A stretch of DNA of 64,000 nt, from assembly GCA_964016885.1 (NCBI GenBank), contig OZ024743.1, positions 155,744,001 through 155,808,000 of the forward strand, given 5' to 3'. Below are positions 38,101-51,884 of the stretch, piece by piece. The notes under the pieces are model-generated. The model was not told where the DNA came from. It saw only the letters and a list, made by a program, of their open reading frames with translations, and did no database searches. Every line of letters begins with the position of its first letter. The stretch's first letter is position 1. The translations under genes and the position numbers were made by a program. The stretch is from Eledone cirrhosa. Taxonomy: Eukaryota.

Positions 38101-41100
38101 ATGGACGCGTTTAGCTTCGAGTAGCCGGGTCCTCGTCTATGAAGCCTATCTAAGTTGAGCACACAGATCACGAATTTGTGGTCCGTGTAGTTGATATCTT
38201 GTATTGTGGACAGCCTATGCTACACCTATCTATTTCCCTACAAAATACTCTATCTAGATCTGATCTGGATGACCCTATGTGGTTTGTCCAAGTCCACATT
38301 GGCACATTCGGGAAATCCAATCGGTACCTGTCAGACAGTTCAAAACGCTAATCCCACACAGTCCCAGCGTGCATCTAATATCCCGTTCCAGTCGCCCATT
38401 AACACTAAAGAGTGGGACGTTCCTACAAAGGTCTCCAGACGCCGGAAAAAATCAGGCCGCCCTGCTCCTGTCGGGCATAGACGGCCACTAGCCTCAAGCT
38501 GGCCCAGCTCCGCTGGTCAGGTGGAGCACCACCAACTTACCTTCTGGGTCCAGGAAGATGTCCCGTATGGTGAGATCCAAACCTCTCCGAAAAAGCACAG
38601 CAATCCACCGCCCGATCCGGCTGGGAGATGTGTACACATCGTACCCGCCGAGTATTGGTGCGAAGCCCCGTGCTATGGAGATTCTGGTCTCGCTGATGGC
38701 CACTACATCTATGTTTAGTGACCTGAGGTGGTTGAGCAGGTGGCCCTGCTTCCATGATGACCCCAAGACTTGCGCATTTATGCAGCCTATTCTGAGTGAG
38801 GTCATGTTGAAATGGAGTGGAAAAGATGGAAAAGACCACTTACCTTACTTCTCGTAGAGGAAGGATGGTTTCTCCATCCCTTTTCACTTGATCGTCTGGT
38901 GAAGGGACCGCTGAATCGTCCCTTCGGCTGATCATCGGCTCTTCTGTGTGTATATCCGAATATAATCTCCGGTTGAGTGTCCTCCTAGGTCTTTGAAATC
39001 ACCAACTGCGTTGGGGAATTTCGTTTTAATGTTTGTGTATTGCTTCTGTGCTATTCTTACCAGTCTTAGATTCGTTGGTGTTTTGATTGATGCTGGTATT
39101 ATATAGTCGTCCTGTGAAATGTATATGTGTTCAATTATGTAAGTCATTCGTTTCTTGTTGCGTGTATTTATTGCTGTGTATTTGTTTTTCTGGGGGTGTG
39201 GTGTGGTTCTTCTATTTTCTTGTCATTTTTGCAGGGACTGTGTGTTTTGTTGTTGAGTTTGCGATATTGGTGCTTGTGGTGATGGTGTTGAAGGTGCTAT
39301 TGTTGTTTGTGGTGGGTTTGCCGCCGATGGTGATGGTGGTTCTTGTGTGAGTGGTGATGGTGTTGGTGGTGTTGCTGCTGTAAGTTTCTTTGCAGTAGCC
39401 TTTACCATTTTTTCATTTCTTTCCTTCCTTTTCGAAGGCGACGATGAGCTGCTTCTGCGTTTATGCCTTCTGCGACATTTTGCCATCCCTCTCCCTCCTC
39501 ACACTCCATGTCCGATTATGTGAGGTCAGGGAGGAGTACCAGCTCCAATCTTTCACTTGTTGTTGTTGGTGATGTTTGCAGTGGAGTCTCTGTTGCAGCT
39601 GCAGTTGGTATTACTGTTGTTGTTGATAATACTTCCACTGCTGCTGCTGTTCTCGATTTCTGTGGCGTGGGTATGGGTGCCACGGACCTATCCTACTTGC
39701 TTGCCGCCTGTCCTGTTGCTGGTAACAGTGGAGCCGTTTTCGGAAGGAGGGGAGTTTTCTCCTTTCTCGGGGTCTTCTCATTGCAGAAGGCCCTGAGGTG
39801 AGTCTTCGATCCACACGAAAGCATTTCGGCCGTTTGCCCTCATCACTTATAGGCAGTTGAGTGCCGTTATCGAAGTCTATCACATCCGGGATAGCTTCGA
39901 TGCGCTCCTGGTTGATTTGGATTAACATCTCAATGGAGGTGCCGACCCAATCTTCTCGTGCTTTTTTCTGTACTTGCAGTACAGTTGTTTTGTCCTCGAT
40001 TCCGACGAGGATATACGCGGCCAGCCAAGAAGGGGACATCCCCCGGGGGCGTGGGTCAGTTTGACCCTCACAATTTTTTGCCCGCAGTAGGAGGACACCA
40101 AAACCATTGCCTCGCTCCTTAGGGTTACTAATGATTGAGCCTTTGCCTCCTGGGGTCTGGCAAAAACCACGTCCACGGTGGCATATTTCTTGCCTCGGGT
40201 GATATGCGTTTTTCGCTGCCACACAGACCCTAAGGCTTTGTATTTGAGCCTCTCTGGCTCTTTCACCCCTACGGGATTTTGTGCTTACTGTACGGTACGT
40301 GACCGTCCAGTGCTGTTGGTTTTCGAAAATCTTTTCGGCTTCCTTGCAGATTGCTTGGTGTCCGGTTTTCGTCACTTTTCATCACTCATTTGCTTCCTGT
40401 AATTCCTCATTTGTTATAAGGATGGTTTCCATGTTCTTTGCGATACCTGCAAACGAGATTGTTTTTTCTTTCTTGTTGTTGTTGCTGTTGTCGTCAGAGC
40501 TGCTGTTCATTTTGTTGTTGCTGCTGGTACTACGACTACTGCCGCCGCCGCTGTTGCTGTGGTTATTGTTGTTGTTGCTGCTGCTGCTGTTTCTGTTGCT
40601 GTTGCTGCTGCTGCTGTTGTTATTATGCTGCTGCTGATGCTGTTGCGGCTGCTACTATAGTTTTCCTTGTCACTGTTGCTGCTGCTGCTGTTGTTATTAC
40701 GGCTGCTACTGCTATTATTCATGACGTCAGATGAATGAAATGGCTTTCCGTATTTGCCGCACACATTTTTCGTCGTTGTCGTCGTCGTGGAGAAATGTTC
40801 CACGGTATGCACGTGCTCTTGGAAATTATCAGTGTCTATATTTTTCATTTTCTTTACTTGCGTCGCTTGCGAAAGAGAAGGGAGGAAGAGAGACACATTT
40901 AGAGAAGGGAGGGAGAGAGACAATCTTCTCTCTGATGTAGTGACGATTGAGGAAGAAGGAGACGGAATGAGTGGGAGTGACTTGTGAAAATTATTTTTTG
41001 TAGCCATGTTTTTTTTGCTTTAAAATGTATATCGGGTACAAAACACAAATAAGCGGTTATTTAACCCCGAAGGTTAAAATAACGGGCAGAAAGACCCCTC

Positions 41101-41221
41101 TGACGAGGAGGAGCGTGTTTTTGTCTACAATTTGGTTAAAATGTTAAACAATTTACAATTGTTATAGCGGTTAAAAATTACTATACCTTACAGAGCCGAG
41201 CCTCCGTCAACCATGGCATTC
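35183..41221 (-). mobile_element. Tx1/L1-clade non-LTR retrotransposon copy A (5'-complete, decayed, 3' tip lost)
   Basis: ORF1 from ATG 41007 (CAG/CAA-rich tract, RRM-like region, knuckle remnant). ORF2 from 38805: RIGCIN, AISET, MGDWNG, TDHKFV, KSPGLDGLPYELY, LDQSKAFDSVDH, VRQGCDLS, YADDVTV, CARC..ETVLHTLVQC. The 5' end abuts (ATT)n. Confidence 0.92.
35769..35816 (+). repeat. 16-bp unit x3 (gcaaatctcggacact) in the ORF2 C-terminal zinc finger of copy A
   Basis: Directly visible; single copy at the homologous site in copies B and C. Confidence 0.95.

Positions 41222-41274
<53 letters not shown>
41222..41274. repeat. (AAT)n spacer between Tx1 copies A and B
   Basis: About 17 perfect units. 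Confidence 0.98.
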
Positions 41275-44200
41275 GGATTTCTTTATTGGCCACGAGGGCT
41301 GGCATCAAGAAAAACATTACAGACGGCACAGGACGTATCAGGACGCTACGGTGTTGGTTTTGTGCGTGTAAATATTTTTATTATTTATATAAGGAAAGAA
41401 AAAAAAAAGACATAGAAACCTATATATATATATAAACAATAAATATGAAAATTGAAACAATGAAAAAATTCCCCTATAGGGGGGGGGAACCTCCGAGGGT
41501 TACTCGTGGCGAAAACCACACAAAAAACTAGGGCACCCTGACGACCAGAGCAAGCGCCCCCTCTCAATTTTAATATTCCTCAAAATACAGGCGTATATTG
41601 AGAGCGGTCCCGTTCACCCACCTTTCAAGAAACTTGCTAGAAGGCAGCACTTGCCTCTCTACCCTGATTTTCCTCTTCAGGTGAAACTTGAAAAAGTTAA
41701 TTAGGGATTCGCCGAAGAGGAAAGTGTCTGTCTTTAACACTTTCAACCTTGTCCAAAAACACAATCTCTTTCGCCATGGCCACCAGGCAGATGAAAAGCG
41801 CATGCCCTTCCTCCTCGCGGGAAGACGGCGAGACCATCTGCACAATGGACTTAGTCGATAACCGGATCAGTCCTACACGCGACAGCAACTGTTCGACATA
41901 GCTCCACAAGTCAGCAATGCTCGGGCACTGAACGACTTTGCGCACAACGGTTTCGTCGCTCTGCGCGCATCTCGGATAGGCTCGGCTGACGGCACTTCCG
42001 TGCCTGCAGAGCTTATCTCGAACCGGAAGCGCTCCCCGGTAGCAGTGCCAGGCCAGGGATTTTTGGAAGTTATCCATAGGCCCTGGGCTGAAAGTTCTCC
42101 GGAAGAGAGCAAACAGCTGATCTTCTTCGACACCCATGATCTCTCCAAGAACGTCGTAGCTCTTCCCCTCCACTAGTCCTCTATAGAACGCGGACGTGGA
42201 TGGTCTACCAATACTGCTGCCCAGCTGGCAGTGGGCAGTGAGCGCCTAGAGACATTCCAGTTTCCATGCGCTATCCCTCGGACTTTTTCTGACCCAGGAC
42301 TGCAGATCCGTCAAGGAGACCAGCTGTGAGAAAACGTGCCTGGCGAACGGCGACCACAGCTGTTCACCGGCAAGGAAGCACCAGAGATGCTGCAGCTTCA
42401 GCGCATGTTTGCGCATCATCAGCCATGGCATGCCCAGTCCTCCACGCAACGGGTATGAACAGAAGATGGATCGTTTGACATGGGAGCGCATCCCTTCCAC
42501 ACAAAACGGAATAGGAGGTGTTCCAATTTGGTGAGGCGGTAGCAGGTGACGGATGCGATGTACGCATTCGCCACCTCCGCCCGGCCTTTCAGGAACAGCT
42601 TCTCTCGACCCATTTATGGGTGAGGGAGGCCACCTTGCTTGTCACCTCGCTCCAGTTTTTCTCCATCTGGAGGACCGGTCCGAACCAGACCCCGAGCAAT
42701 TTAACCGGTGCGTCGGTACAACGTCCCACGACGCTGTAGGACGACATCGAATTGCCTTTCCATGTGTCGAGCTGCAAGCCCACCGACTTTTCCTGGTTTA
42801 TCTTTTCTCCTGTCACCGCATTGTATACCTTAAGAGCGGTGCCGAGCATCTGGACGTTTCTGATGCTGAACACCAACACGCTGACGTCGTCGGCGCAAGC
42901 CGACTCGAATTTCCCGCATCCTAGTTCACGTGGGAGGCTTTTCATCACCCCCACTTTGGGCAGTAAGGGGCTCAAGAGCCAGTACATATAAGAGGGACGA
43001 GAGGGGACAACCCTGGCGGAGCGAGCGCATGATGCTGAACGGCTGCGACAGGTGACCGTTCACCCTCACAACTGATCAGATGTCGCTGTACATCGTAGTG
43101 ATCAAACCCCTGAGAACGGGCCCTAAACCGGCTTCCTCCGCCAGGTACCGATGGTCGCCCCTATTGAATGCTATAGATTGATCCAAATTGATCAGGGCCC
43201 CACCCGTGCCAGGTGCCTTAACCACCCTCTCTATGATGTATCGCATGAGGGGGGAGGGGTTGTCGTGTATGGATCTGTCCGGAATGGCGCATGACTGCGC
43301 CTCTCCCACCGGACTCTTGACGACAAGCGCCAACCTCGTTGCTGACTCCTTGGCCAAACTATTAAACTCTGCGTTTAGCATGGCTATGGGTTATGAGTTA
43401 TCGAAAACATCCCGCTATGCTCGGGTCTTTTCTCAGCAGCGCCACCGCTCCCCGGTTCACAAAACTGGGAATACTCCCCTTCTGCTGCCATTTGCAGTAG
43501 ACGGCTGCCATGAGGTCACCGAACCACTCTGGCATAAATGCATAAAGCTCGTAGGGCAGACCATCGAAATATGGCGATTTATCACTCTTACAGTTAGCCA
43601 TCGCTTCCCTTATTTCACCGGCTGTTATTTGCTTTTCGCAACACTGTGCTGCGGTCGTCGAGAGCCGAGGCAGTCCGTCGATGTATGCACTGAAATCCAT
43701 ACCCTGATCCGGCCCGTCGCTGCTCCCGAACAGTTCAGCAAAGTGCTGCTGAGAAGCTTCACACATCTGCTCGGGTTCGAACAACACGCGCCCGTTTTGG
43801 TCAGATAAAGTCCGAATTGTTGCTTTGTTGCCACGTCACACATCTACCACCCGGGCCCATTGGACGGCTTTTGTCGACTCGTGTTTCAGAGCAGGCGCTC
43901 TAGCTCTGACAACGCAGTCTTCGTGTTTGGCGTTGAAGAATTGATCGAGTGCCAATCTCGCCGCAAGCACGTCGGTTGCGATTCCTGTCCTAAACGCCTC
44001 TTCTAGCTTTCTGACAAGCTCTCCCTCTACTATATTTTCCTCTATAACTAGTCCTTTGCTAAACCTAATCGACTCTACTTTAATAGCCCTTTTCAGGGCG
44101 AACAACCACCTGTTAATGACGACCGCTCCCGTCAATGTCCGCTTAACTAATACGCTAATCCAGTCTCTGTAGGCTCTGCGCACCGGGAAATGCGCGTTCA

Positions 44201-47091
44201 CCTTCAAGTAACCGGGTCCTTGTCTATGAAGTCTGTCTATATCGATCTCACAGATCACAAATTTGTGGTCTGTGTAGTCGACTATTTTAAATTGGGACCT
44301 CTTATACTAGCCTTATCTAGTTCTCTGCAGAACACCTTATCGAGATACGATCTGGATGACCCGATGAGGTTTGTCCATGTCCACATTGGCACATTCGGGT
44401 GATCCAGTCGATACCTGTCAGACAGTTCAAATATGTCTGAGCAGGTTGGTGAGGGTCTTGCACCCTCCTTTCCTATCAACTATCCCCACACAATCTCAGC
44501 GTGCATCCAAGTTACCGTTCCAGTCACCCACTAACACTAAAGTGCAGGACGTTCCAAGAAAGGTTTCTAGACGTCTGAAGAAATCTGGCCGTCGTGTCCC
44601 TATTGGGGCATAGACGGCTACTAGCCTGAAAGCGTTGCCTTCGGTGCCGCTTACGTCCAGCACCACCGACTTACCTTCTGGTTCCGTAAGGCGAGACCCA
44701 AGCCTTTCCGAAAAAACACAGCCACACCTCCCCCCGCTCCCGGACTACTCGGAGATGCGTATACCTCGTAACTGTTGAGGATCAGTGCGAAAGCTGGCGT
44801 TTCGGATATTCTCGTCTCGCTGATGGCCACCACATCTATGTTTAGTTACCTGTGGTCGTTAAGCAAGTGACCCTACTTCCAAACCGAACTAAGCCACGCA
44901 CGTTTGCACTTCTGATCCTGAATATGGCCACGTTGGGTGAGGAACGGGGCAAGTGAGAAAGGATCACTTACCTTGATCGTCTGTTGAAGGGACCGTTGAA
45001 TCGTTCCTTCGGCAAGTTGTCGGCTCTTCTGTGAGTATATCTGAGTATCCTCTCCGGTTGAGTGTCCCTCGTAGGTCTCTGAAATCACCAACTGCGTTGG
45101 GGAATTTCATTTTAATGTTTGTGAATTGTTTCTGTGATATTCTTACGAGTCTTATGTACGTTGGAGTTTTGATTTGTGCTGATATTATGTAGTCGTGCTG
45201 TGAAATGACTGTGTGTTCAATTGTGTAAGTCATAGTTTCTTGTTGTGTGCATTTATTGCTGTGCATTTGTTTTTCTGGGGGTGTGGTGTGGTTCTGCTAT
45301 TTTCTTGTCGCTGTTGCTGGGCGTGTGTGTTTTGTTGTTGTTTGCGATATTTGTGCTTGTGGTGGTGGTGTCGAAGGTGTTGTTGTTGTTGTTGGCGGTG
45401 GCATTTCCGTCGGTGGTGATGGTAGTGCTAGTTTGGGTGGTGATGGTGCTGGTGGTGTTGCTGCTGTAATTCTCTTTGCTGTAGCTTTCACCCTTTTTTC
45501 ATCTCTTCCCTCCCTTTTCATAGGCGACGATGCGTTGCTTCTGCGTTAGTGCCTTCTTGCGACCTTTTGCCATCCCTCTCCCACCTCACATTCCATGGAC
45601 CTATCCTTCCTGCTTGCCGCCTGGCCTGTTGCTTGTAGCAGTGGAGCCAGTTTCGGAAGGAGGGGGTTTTCTCCTTTCTCGGGGTCTTCTCATTGCAGAA
45701 GGCCCTGAGGTGAGTCTTCGACCCGCAGCGAAAGCATTTCGGGCGTCTGCCCTCAACACTTATGGGACGTTGAGTGCCGTTATCGAAGTCTATCACATTC
45801 GGTATTGCTTCGTGCACTCCTGGTTGTTTTGAATCAATATATCAATGGAGGCGCCGAGCCACTCTTCTCGTTCTTCCTTCTGTACGAGGACAGACGCGGC
45901 CAGCCAAGAAGGGGACATCCCGGGGGGGGGGGGGGGGCAGTTTGAGCCTCACCATTTTTGCCCGCAGTACGAGGGTACCCACACCATTTCTTCGCTCCTT
46001 AGGGTTACTAAGGATTGAACCTTTGCCTGCTGGTGTGTGGCAAAAAGCACGTCTACGGTGGCATATTTCTTACTTCGGGTGATATGCGTTTTCCACTGCC
46101 ACACAGACCCTAAGGCTTTTCGTATTTGAGCCTCTGTGGCTCTTTTAACCCTACGTGATGTTGTGCTTACTCTACGGTACGTGAGCGTACAGTGCTGTTG
46201 GGTTTCGAAAAATGCTTGCAGACTGCTCGGTGTCCGGTTTTCGTAACCATCTTCCTTGCTTCCTGTAATTCCTCATTTGTTATAAGGAAAGTTTCCAGGT
46301 TCTTTGCGATAGCTGCAAACGCGATTGGTTATTCTTTCTTGTTATTGTTGTCGTCAGAGTTGCTGTTACTTTTGTTGTTGCTGCTGGTACTACGACCACC
46401 ACCGCCGCTGTTGCAGTTTTTGTTGTTGTTGTTGTTGCTGTTGCTGCTGCTGTTGTTGTTGTTGCTGTTGCTGCTGCTGCTGGTGTTGTTGTGAATGTTG
46501 CTGCTGATGTTGTTGCGGCTGCTACCTGTATTTTCCTCGCCACTGTTTCTGCTGATGCTCTTATTACGGCTGCTGCTGCTATTATTCATGACGTCAGACG
46601 AATGAAATGGCTTTCCGTATTTACAGCACACACCTTTCGTTGTTGCCGTCGTGGAGAAATGTTCCACGGTACGCGCATTCTCTTGATGAAGAAGGCTACG
46701 AGAAACTACATTTTCCTTTTTTTTAATGGCGTTGCTTGCGAAAGAGGCGACAGAGGCGACACCACATTTAGAGAAAGAAGGGAGAGAGACAATCTTTTCT
46801 CTGACGTAATGGCGATTGGGGAAGAAGATGACGGAAGGAGTGGGAGTGACTTGTGAAAATTCTTTTTTGTAGCCATGTTTGTTTACGGTTTAAAATCAAT
46901 TTTGGGCCCAAATCCCCAATAACTGGCTATTTAACCCCGAAGGGTCAAATAACGAACAGAAAGTCCCCTCTCACGAGGAGGAGGGTGTCTTTATCTACAA
47001 TTAGGTTCCAGTTTTTAACAATTTACAATTGTTATAACGGTGAAAAATTACAATACCTTACAGAGCCGAACCTCTGTCAAATATGGCATTC
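41275..47091 (-). mobile_element. Tx1/L1-clade copy B (both termini present, decayed)
   Basis: ORF1 ATG at 46876; knuckle CFRCGSKTHLRAFC; ORF2 AISET, TDHKFV, DKSPYFDGLPYELY, LDQSIAFNRGDH, CADDVSV, RCAQSDETV. The 3' end reads AATAAAGAAATCC then (TTA)n; the 5' end matches copy A. Confidence 0.92.
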
Positions 47092-47304
47092 AATGATAAT
47101 AATAATTGTTTCTACTTTAGGCACATGGTCAGCAATTATCTATTACATTACTGGTACTTTATTTTATCTATCCCGTAAGGATAAAAGGCAAAGTTAACTT
47201 CGGCGGGATTCAATAATAATAATAATAATTGTTTCTACTTTAGGCACAAGGCCAGCAATTATCCATTGCATTACTGGTACTTTATTACTAATAATAATAA
47301 TAAT
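47092..47304 (-). mobile_element. Two SINE 3' portions (47108-47210, 47231-47286) interleaved with (AAT)n tracts
   Basis: gtttctactttaggcac occurs twice, each preceded on the plus strand by aataataatt. Confidence 0.85.
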
Positions 47305-50300
47305 ATTTTCTTTATTAACAACAAGGGTTTACACAAAGTAAGATATTAAGGAAAATACAGGACTATACAGGACGGTACGAATAGGAATTTCTGCGTGTAA
47401 AAAAAAACAGAAGCGGAGGATGTAACAAAAAAGAAACAATTTAAAATTACCCAATAGGGGGAGATTTCCGAGGGACATTCGGGGAGAAAGCCCATTAAAA
47501 AAGCCACAGTGACCTTGACCACCAGGGCAAGTGCGCTCTCATAGTTGTTCAAATTTAATTTACAGACACATACTTCGAGGAGGCCCATTCACTCGGGCCA
47601 TTCTTGCCTTTCTCACCCATCTTTCAACAAAATGCTGGGAAGATAGCACTTTCCTCTCTACCTTCATTTTCCTTTTTCAAAAGTAAATTTGAAAAAGTTA
47701 ATCAGGGCATCACCGAAGAGGTAAGTGCTCGTCATCAGCCCTTTCAAATGCATTCCTCCATACTCTCGCTCTCGCCATGGCCACCAGATATAAAAACTGC
47801 CTGCCCGTCCCGGCTAAAGGAAGAGGGCGGAGCAATCCTCAGGATGAACTCAGCTGATAGCCGGATCCGTCCTACATGCGACAGCAGGTGTTCAACATAA
47901 ACCCACAACTCAGCAACGCTGGGATACTGGACGAGTTCGTGCAGGACGGTTTCGTCGCCCTGCTAACTTGCCCGGACATGCACGGCACCGCCATGCCTGT
48001 AGAGTTTAACCCGAACTGGCCAAGTTCCTCGGTTGCACTGCCAGACCAGGGATTTGTGGATGTTGTCCATAAGCCCCGGCCCGAAAGTTCTTCCGTAGAG
48101 TTTGGCTAGTTGATTTCGTCGACGCCTAGAGTTTGCCCAAGTACGTCGTCGCTCTTCCTCTCCAATAATCGTCTATAGAACGCAATGGTGGAGTTTCCAC
48201 CGATCACATTGCCCGATTGATCGAGGCTGTGAGCGCCTGAAGACATTACAGTCTCAAAGCGCTCCCTCTCGGTCTTCGCTTGACCCAGGACTGCAGCTCC
48301 GTCAAGAAGACGAGCTGGGTAAAGACGTGTCTGGCAAACGGCGACCGCACCTGATCACCGTCGAGGAAGAAGTAGAGATGTCGTACCTGAGCGCGTGTCT
48401 GCGCATCATCCGCCACGGCTTGCCCAGCCCTCCACGTAGCGGGTGTTGGCAGCAGATGGATCACCTGACCATCGGAGCGCGTCCTTTCCGTAAAAAGCGT
48501 AAGAGCAAACGCTCCAGCGCAGTCAGGCGAGGCTTAGGACAAGGCAAGACGGTCAGGCGGTATTAGATGACAGACGCGATGTACGCATTCGCCACCTCTG
48601 CACGACATTTCAGGGATAGCTTACTCTCTGCCCATTTCTGAGTGAAAGAAGCCACCCTGCTCGTCATCTCGTCCCAGTTTTTGTTCGTCTGGAGGTCCGG
48701 ACCGAACCTGACCGCTAGGAATTTAACCGGTCCGTCCGTCCAGCGCCCTACGACACGGTTGAGCAGCATGGACCTGCCACTCCAGGCGCCGAGCTGCAGG
48801 CCCACCGACTTTTCCTGGTTGGTCATTTCGCCTGTCAGCACTTCGTATTCTCTTAGTGTAGTGCCAATCGCCTCGATGTGTTTGGCGTTCGACACCACTA
48901 CGGTGACATTGTCTGCATATTCTGACACGGATCTTCCGCATCCTAGTTCGCGCGGGACACCCCTCACCTTCTCCACTTCGTGCAGTAATGGCTCGAGAGT
49001 CAATACGTACAAGAGGGATGAGAAGGGGACATCCTTGACGGACCGAGCGCATGATGTTGAACGGTTCCGAAAGGTGACCGTTCACTCTCAGCACATAGCA
49101 CATGTCTCTGTGCATGTCAGCGATCCAGCCTCTGAAGACGAGCCCAAAGCCAGCCGCCCTCAGGACTGGTGCCAGATAACGATGGTCGACCTTATCGAGA
49201 GCTTTTGACTGATCTAAATTGATCCATGATCCACCCGTGCCAGGTTCTCTAGCTACCCTCTCCACGATGTATCGCATGAGGTGGAGGTTGTCGTGGATAG
49301 ATCTTTTGGGAATGTCGCATGTCTTAGCCTCTCCCAACAGACTACTAATGACAAGTGCCAACCTCTTTGCTAGCACCTTGGTCAAAACCTTGAACTCTGT
49401 GTTTAGCAGAGTTATGGACCTCTAAATTATCTATGTTATCCCCCTTCTTCGGATCCTTTCTTAGCAGCGATTACCGTTCCTCGGGACACAGAGCTGGGAA
49501 TTCTGCCGTTCTGCTGCCAGTTGCAGAGGCCTCCGAAAAAGTCTGGCATCTGTACGTAAAGTTCATAGGGCAGACCATCCAAACCAGGCGATTTACCCCT
49601 TGTGCAGCCAGTCATTGCCTCCCTTACTTCAGCGGCTGTTATCGGCTTTTCGCAACACTCCGCCTCAGTGAACGAGAGCCGCGGCTGTCCGTAGTGGTAG
49701 ACACTAAAGACCAACCCTCTACCCAGCCCGCCACTGCGTCCGAACAGCTCAGCGAAATGTCGCTGAAAAGCTTCACACATTTGCACGGGATTGTGTAGCA
49801 TGCGCCCGTCGTGGTCCACCAAAGACCGGATCGTGGATGTGTTGCACCGACGCGCCTCCTCCACTCGGGCCCATTGAACGGCTTTCATCCCCTCGTGTAT
49901 GAGAGCACTCACCCTAGCTCTGACAACGCAGCCTTCGTGCTTTGCATTGAAGAATTGGTCGAGGGCCAAATTCACCGCAAGGATGACGGACGCGATGCCT
50001 CTCCTGAGCGCCTCGTCTAATTTTCTAACTAATTCTCCCTCTGCTCTATTTTTCTCTTTTGCTAAAGCCTTACTAAATCTAATGGACGCTATTCTAATGG
50101 CTCTTTTCAGAGCAAACCCCCACGTGTTGTTGACGATAGCCCCCGTATACGCCCGCTTAACTAGTTCGCTAATCCAGTCTCTGTAGGCCTTGTGCACTGT
50201 TTAACTTCCAGTTGCCGGGTCCTTGTCTATGAAACCTATAGAAGTCAACTACACAGATCACGAATTTGTGGTCCGTGTAGCTGCCTATCTTGGATTGTGA

Positions 50301-50405
50301 ACAGCCTATGCTAGACTTATCTAGTTTCCATAAAATACTCTATCTAGATATGATCTGGATGACCCGATGCGGTTTGTCGAAGTGAACATTTGCAAATTCG
50401 AGAAA
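47305..50405 (-). mobile_element. Tx1/L1-clade copy C (ORF2 from mid-APE to the 3' end)
   Basis: TDHKFV, KSPGLDGLPYELY, LDQSKALDKVDH, VRQGCPL, YADNVTV; 3' UTR closely matches copy A (35190-35420); ends AATAAAGAAAAT then (ATT)n. Confidence 0.9.
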
Positions 50406-51884
50406 TCTCCACAGGCGTTGGTTTTGGTTGTGGTGTGGTGAACGATGGAGGCTCTGGTGCTAGTTATGGCGCGGTTGGTGGATTTGCTACCGTTTCTGGG
50501 GTTGTTGCTGCTACAGTTGCTTCTTTTCTTGCTGCCATTTCTGCTGCTGATGGTGTGATGGTTGAGTCACTGCGGTGGGTAAGAGATGTGGCCTCAACTT
50601 TTTAGCCTAAGGGCAGAAAACCTTTAGGTGGGTTCCTTCACCACAAACGACACACCTATGCCTTCTACCCTCAAGGAATACTGTGAGATGGCTGCCGTCA
50701 GTGAGGGCTATCACTTCTAGAAGTTCCCCAATGTTTTTTTGGTCCGCTTGGATCGGGAGCTCCATCCCAGATCCGGAGCAGTTCTTCTGCTTTTCTTTTG
50801 TTACTTCACTTATTTTCGTGTTGGCCTCGATGCTGGCGAGGACGGCAGCCATTTGCCAGGGAATTACGATTGTCGGTGGAACGTGGGTCACCCTGATCTT
50901 CACGAGTCTCTGACCACAATAGCATGGGACGAGTGTGAATTCGTCACTTCGTAATGGGGCCATGTAGTGCTCTCTGGCTTGCTGTGGTGTTCCAAAGAAT
51001 ACGTCCACAGTTCGATATTTCTGCCCACCTCTGATGTGGGTTTTTTTGCCCACACATGTCCCAAAGCTTTTTGGATTTGGGACTCTGATACCCGTTCCCT
51101 TCGGCGTGATTTTATGTTTATCGTCCGATGCTCCATTCTATTAGATGGGGAGGGTGAGGCTGACCCTGAACCCATCTTTTTTTTATTATTCGCTTGGCTT
51201 CATTTAATTCATCCATCCTTACCTCGACTGTTTCGCTTTTCTTGGCTGCTTTTGCAAATGACGCATTTGCGCTGGTGTTGATGTTGTTGTTATTCTCATT
51301 GTTGTTGTTGTTGTTCTTATTGTTATTTTTGTTATTGTCATTTTTAGTTTCAGTTGTGGTGGTGGTGATGGCGGCGTTAGTGGTGTTCGGTGTGGAAGAG
51401 TCGTTCTGGGTGATTCCATTTCGATGTCACGAGATAATACTTTCTTTTTGTTTCTGTTGTCGCTGTGGTGGTGATGGGGATGGCGGCTTTAACACCTGCA
51501 GTTATTGGTAATGGCAGGAAATCAATGTCAGCATCAGACAAATTTGGATTATATCCACTGCTTATATTTTTAGTGTTGGCAAAGGTATTAATATTTACAA
51601 TGGTGGTTTTGGTGTGAGGTGTTAGTTTGTGAGGAAGGCTGTCAGCTTCCTGTGGATGTGAGTCGTCCATGTTTTTTTCAAAGAAAGTTTTTGCTTGATA
51701 ATTATAAAAGATTAAATTTTCGGCTCAAGACCCCAATCTGTTTGAGTGACCTTTTCGGAAAGCAATATATGTGAACTTATAAACAGTTAACGACAAAAAT
51801 GTTCCATAACTTGTAATTTGAAACAACTGAAAACAACAAACATTTGCGGAGCTCGCGATAATACGATTTCCTACGTAGGTCACC
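50406..51884 (-). mobile_element. Tx1-clade copy D: 5' UTR and ORF1 of a divergent subfamily
   Basis: ATG at 51670; QIQKALG..KTHIRGGQKYRTVDVFF..YCGQRLVKIRVTHVP..EGRRHRCVVCGEGTHLKVFCP (CCHC) is homologous to ORF1 of A and B; the 5' end abuts (ATT)n. Confidence 0.8.

Noticed and set aside
40281-40734. Poly-Leu and poly-Cys ORFs that look like membrane or metallothionein-like proteins (also 46192-46507)
   Set aside because: Antisense readings of the CAG/CAA tract in Tx1 ORF1.
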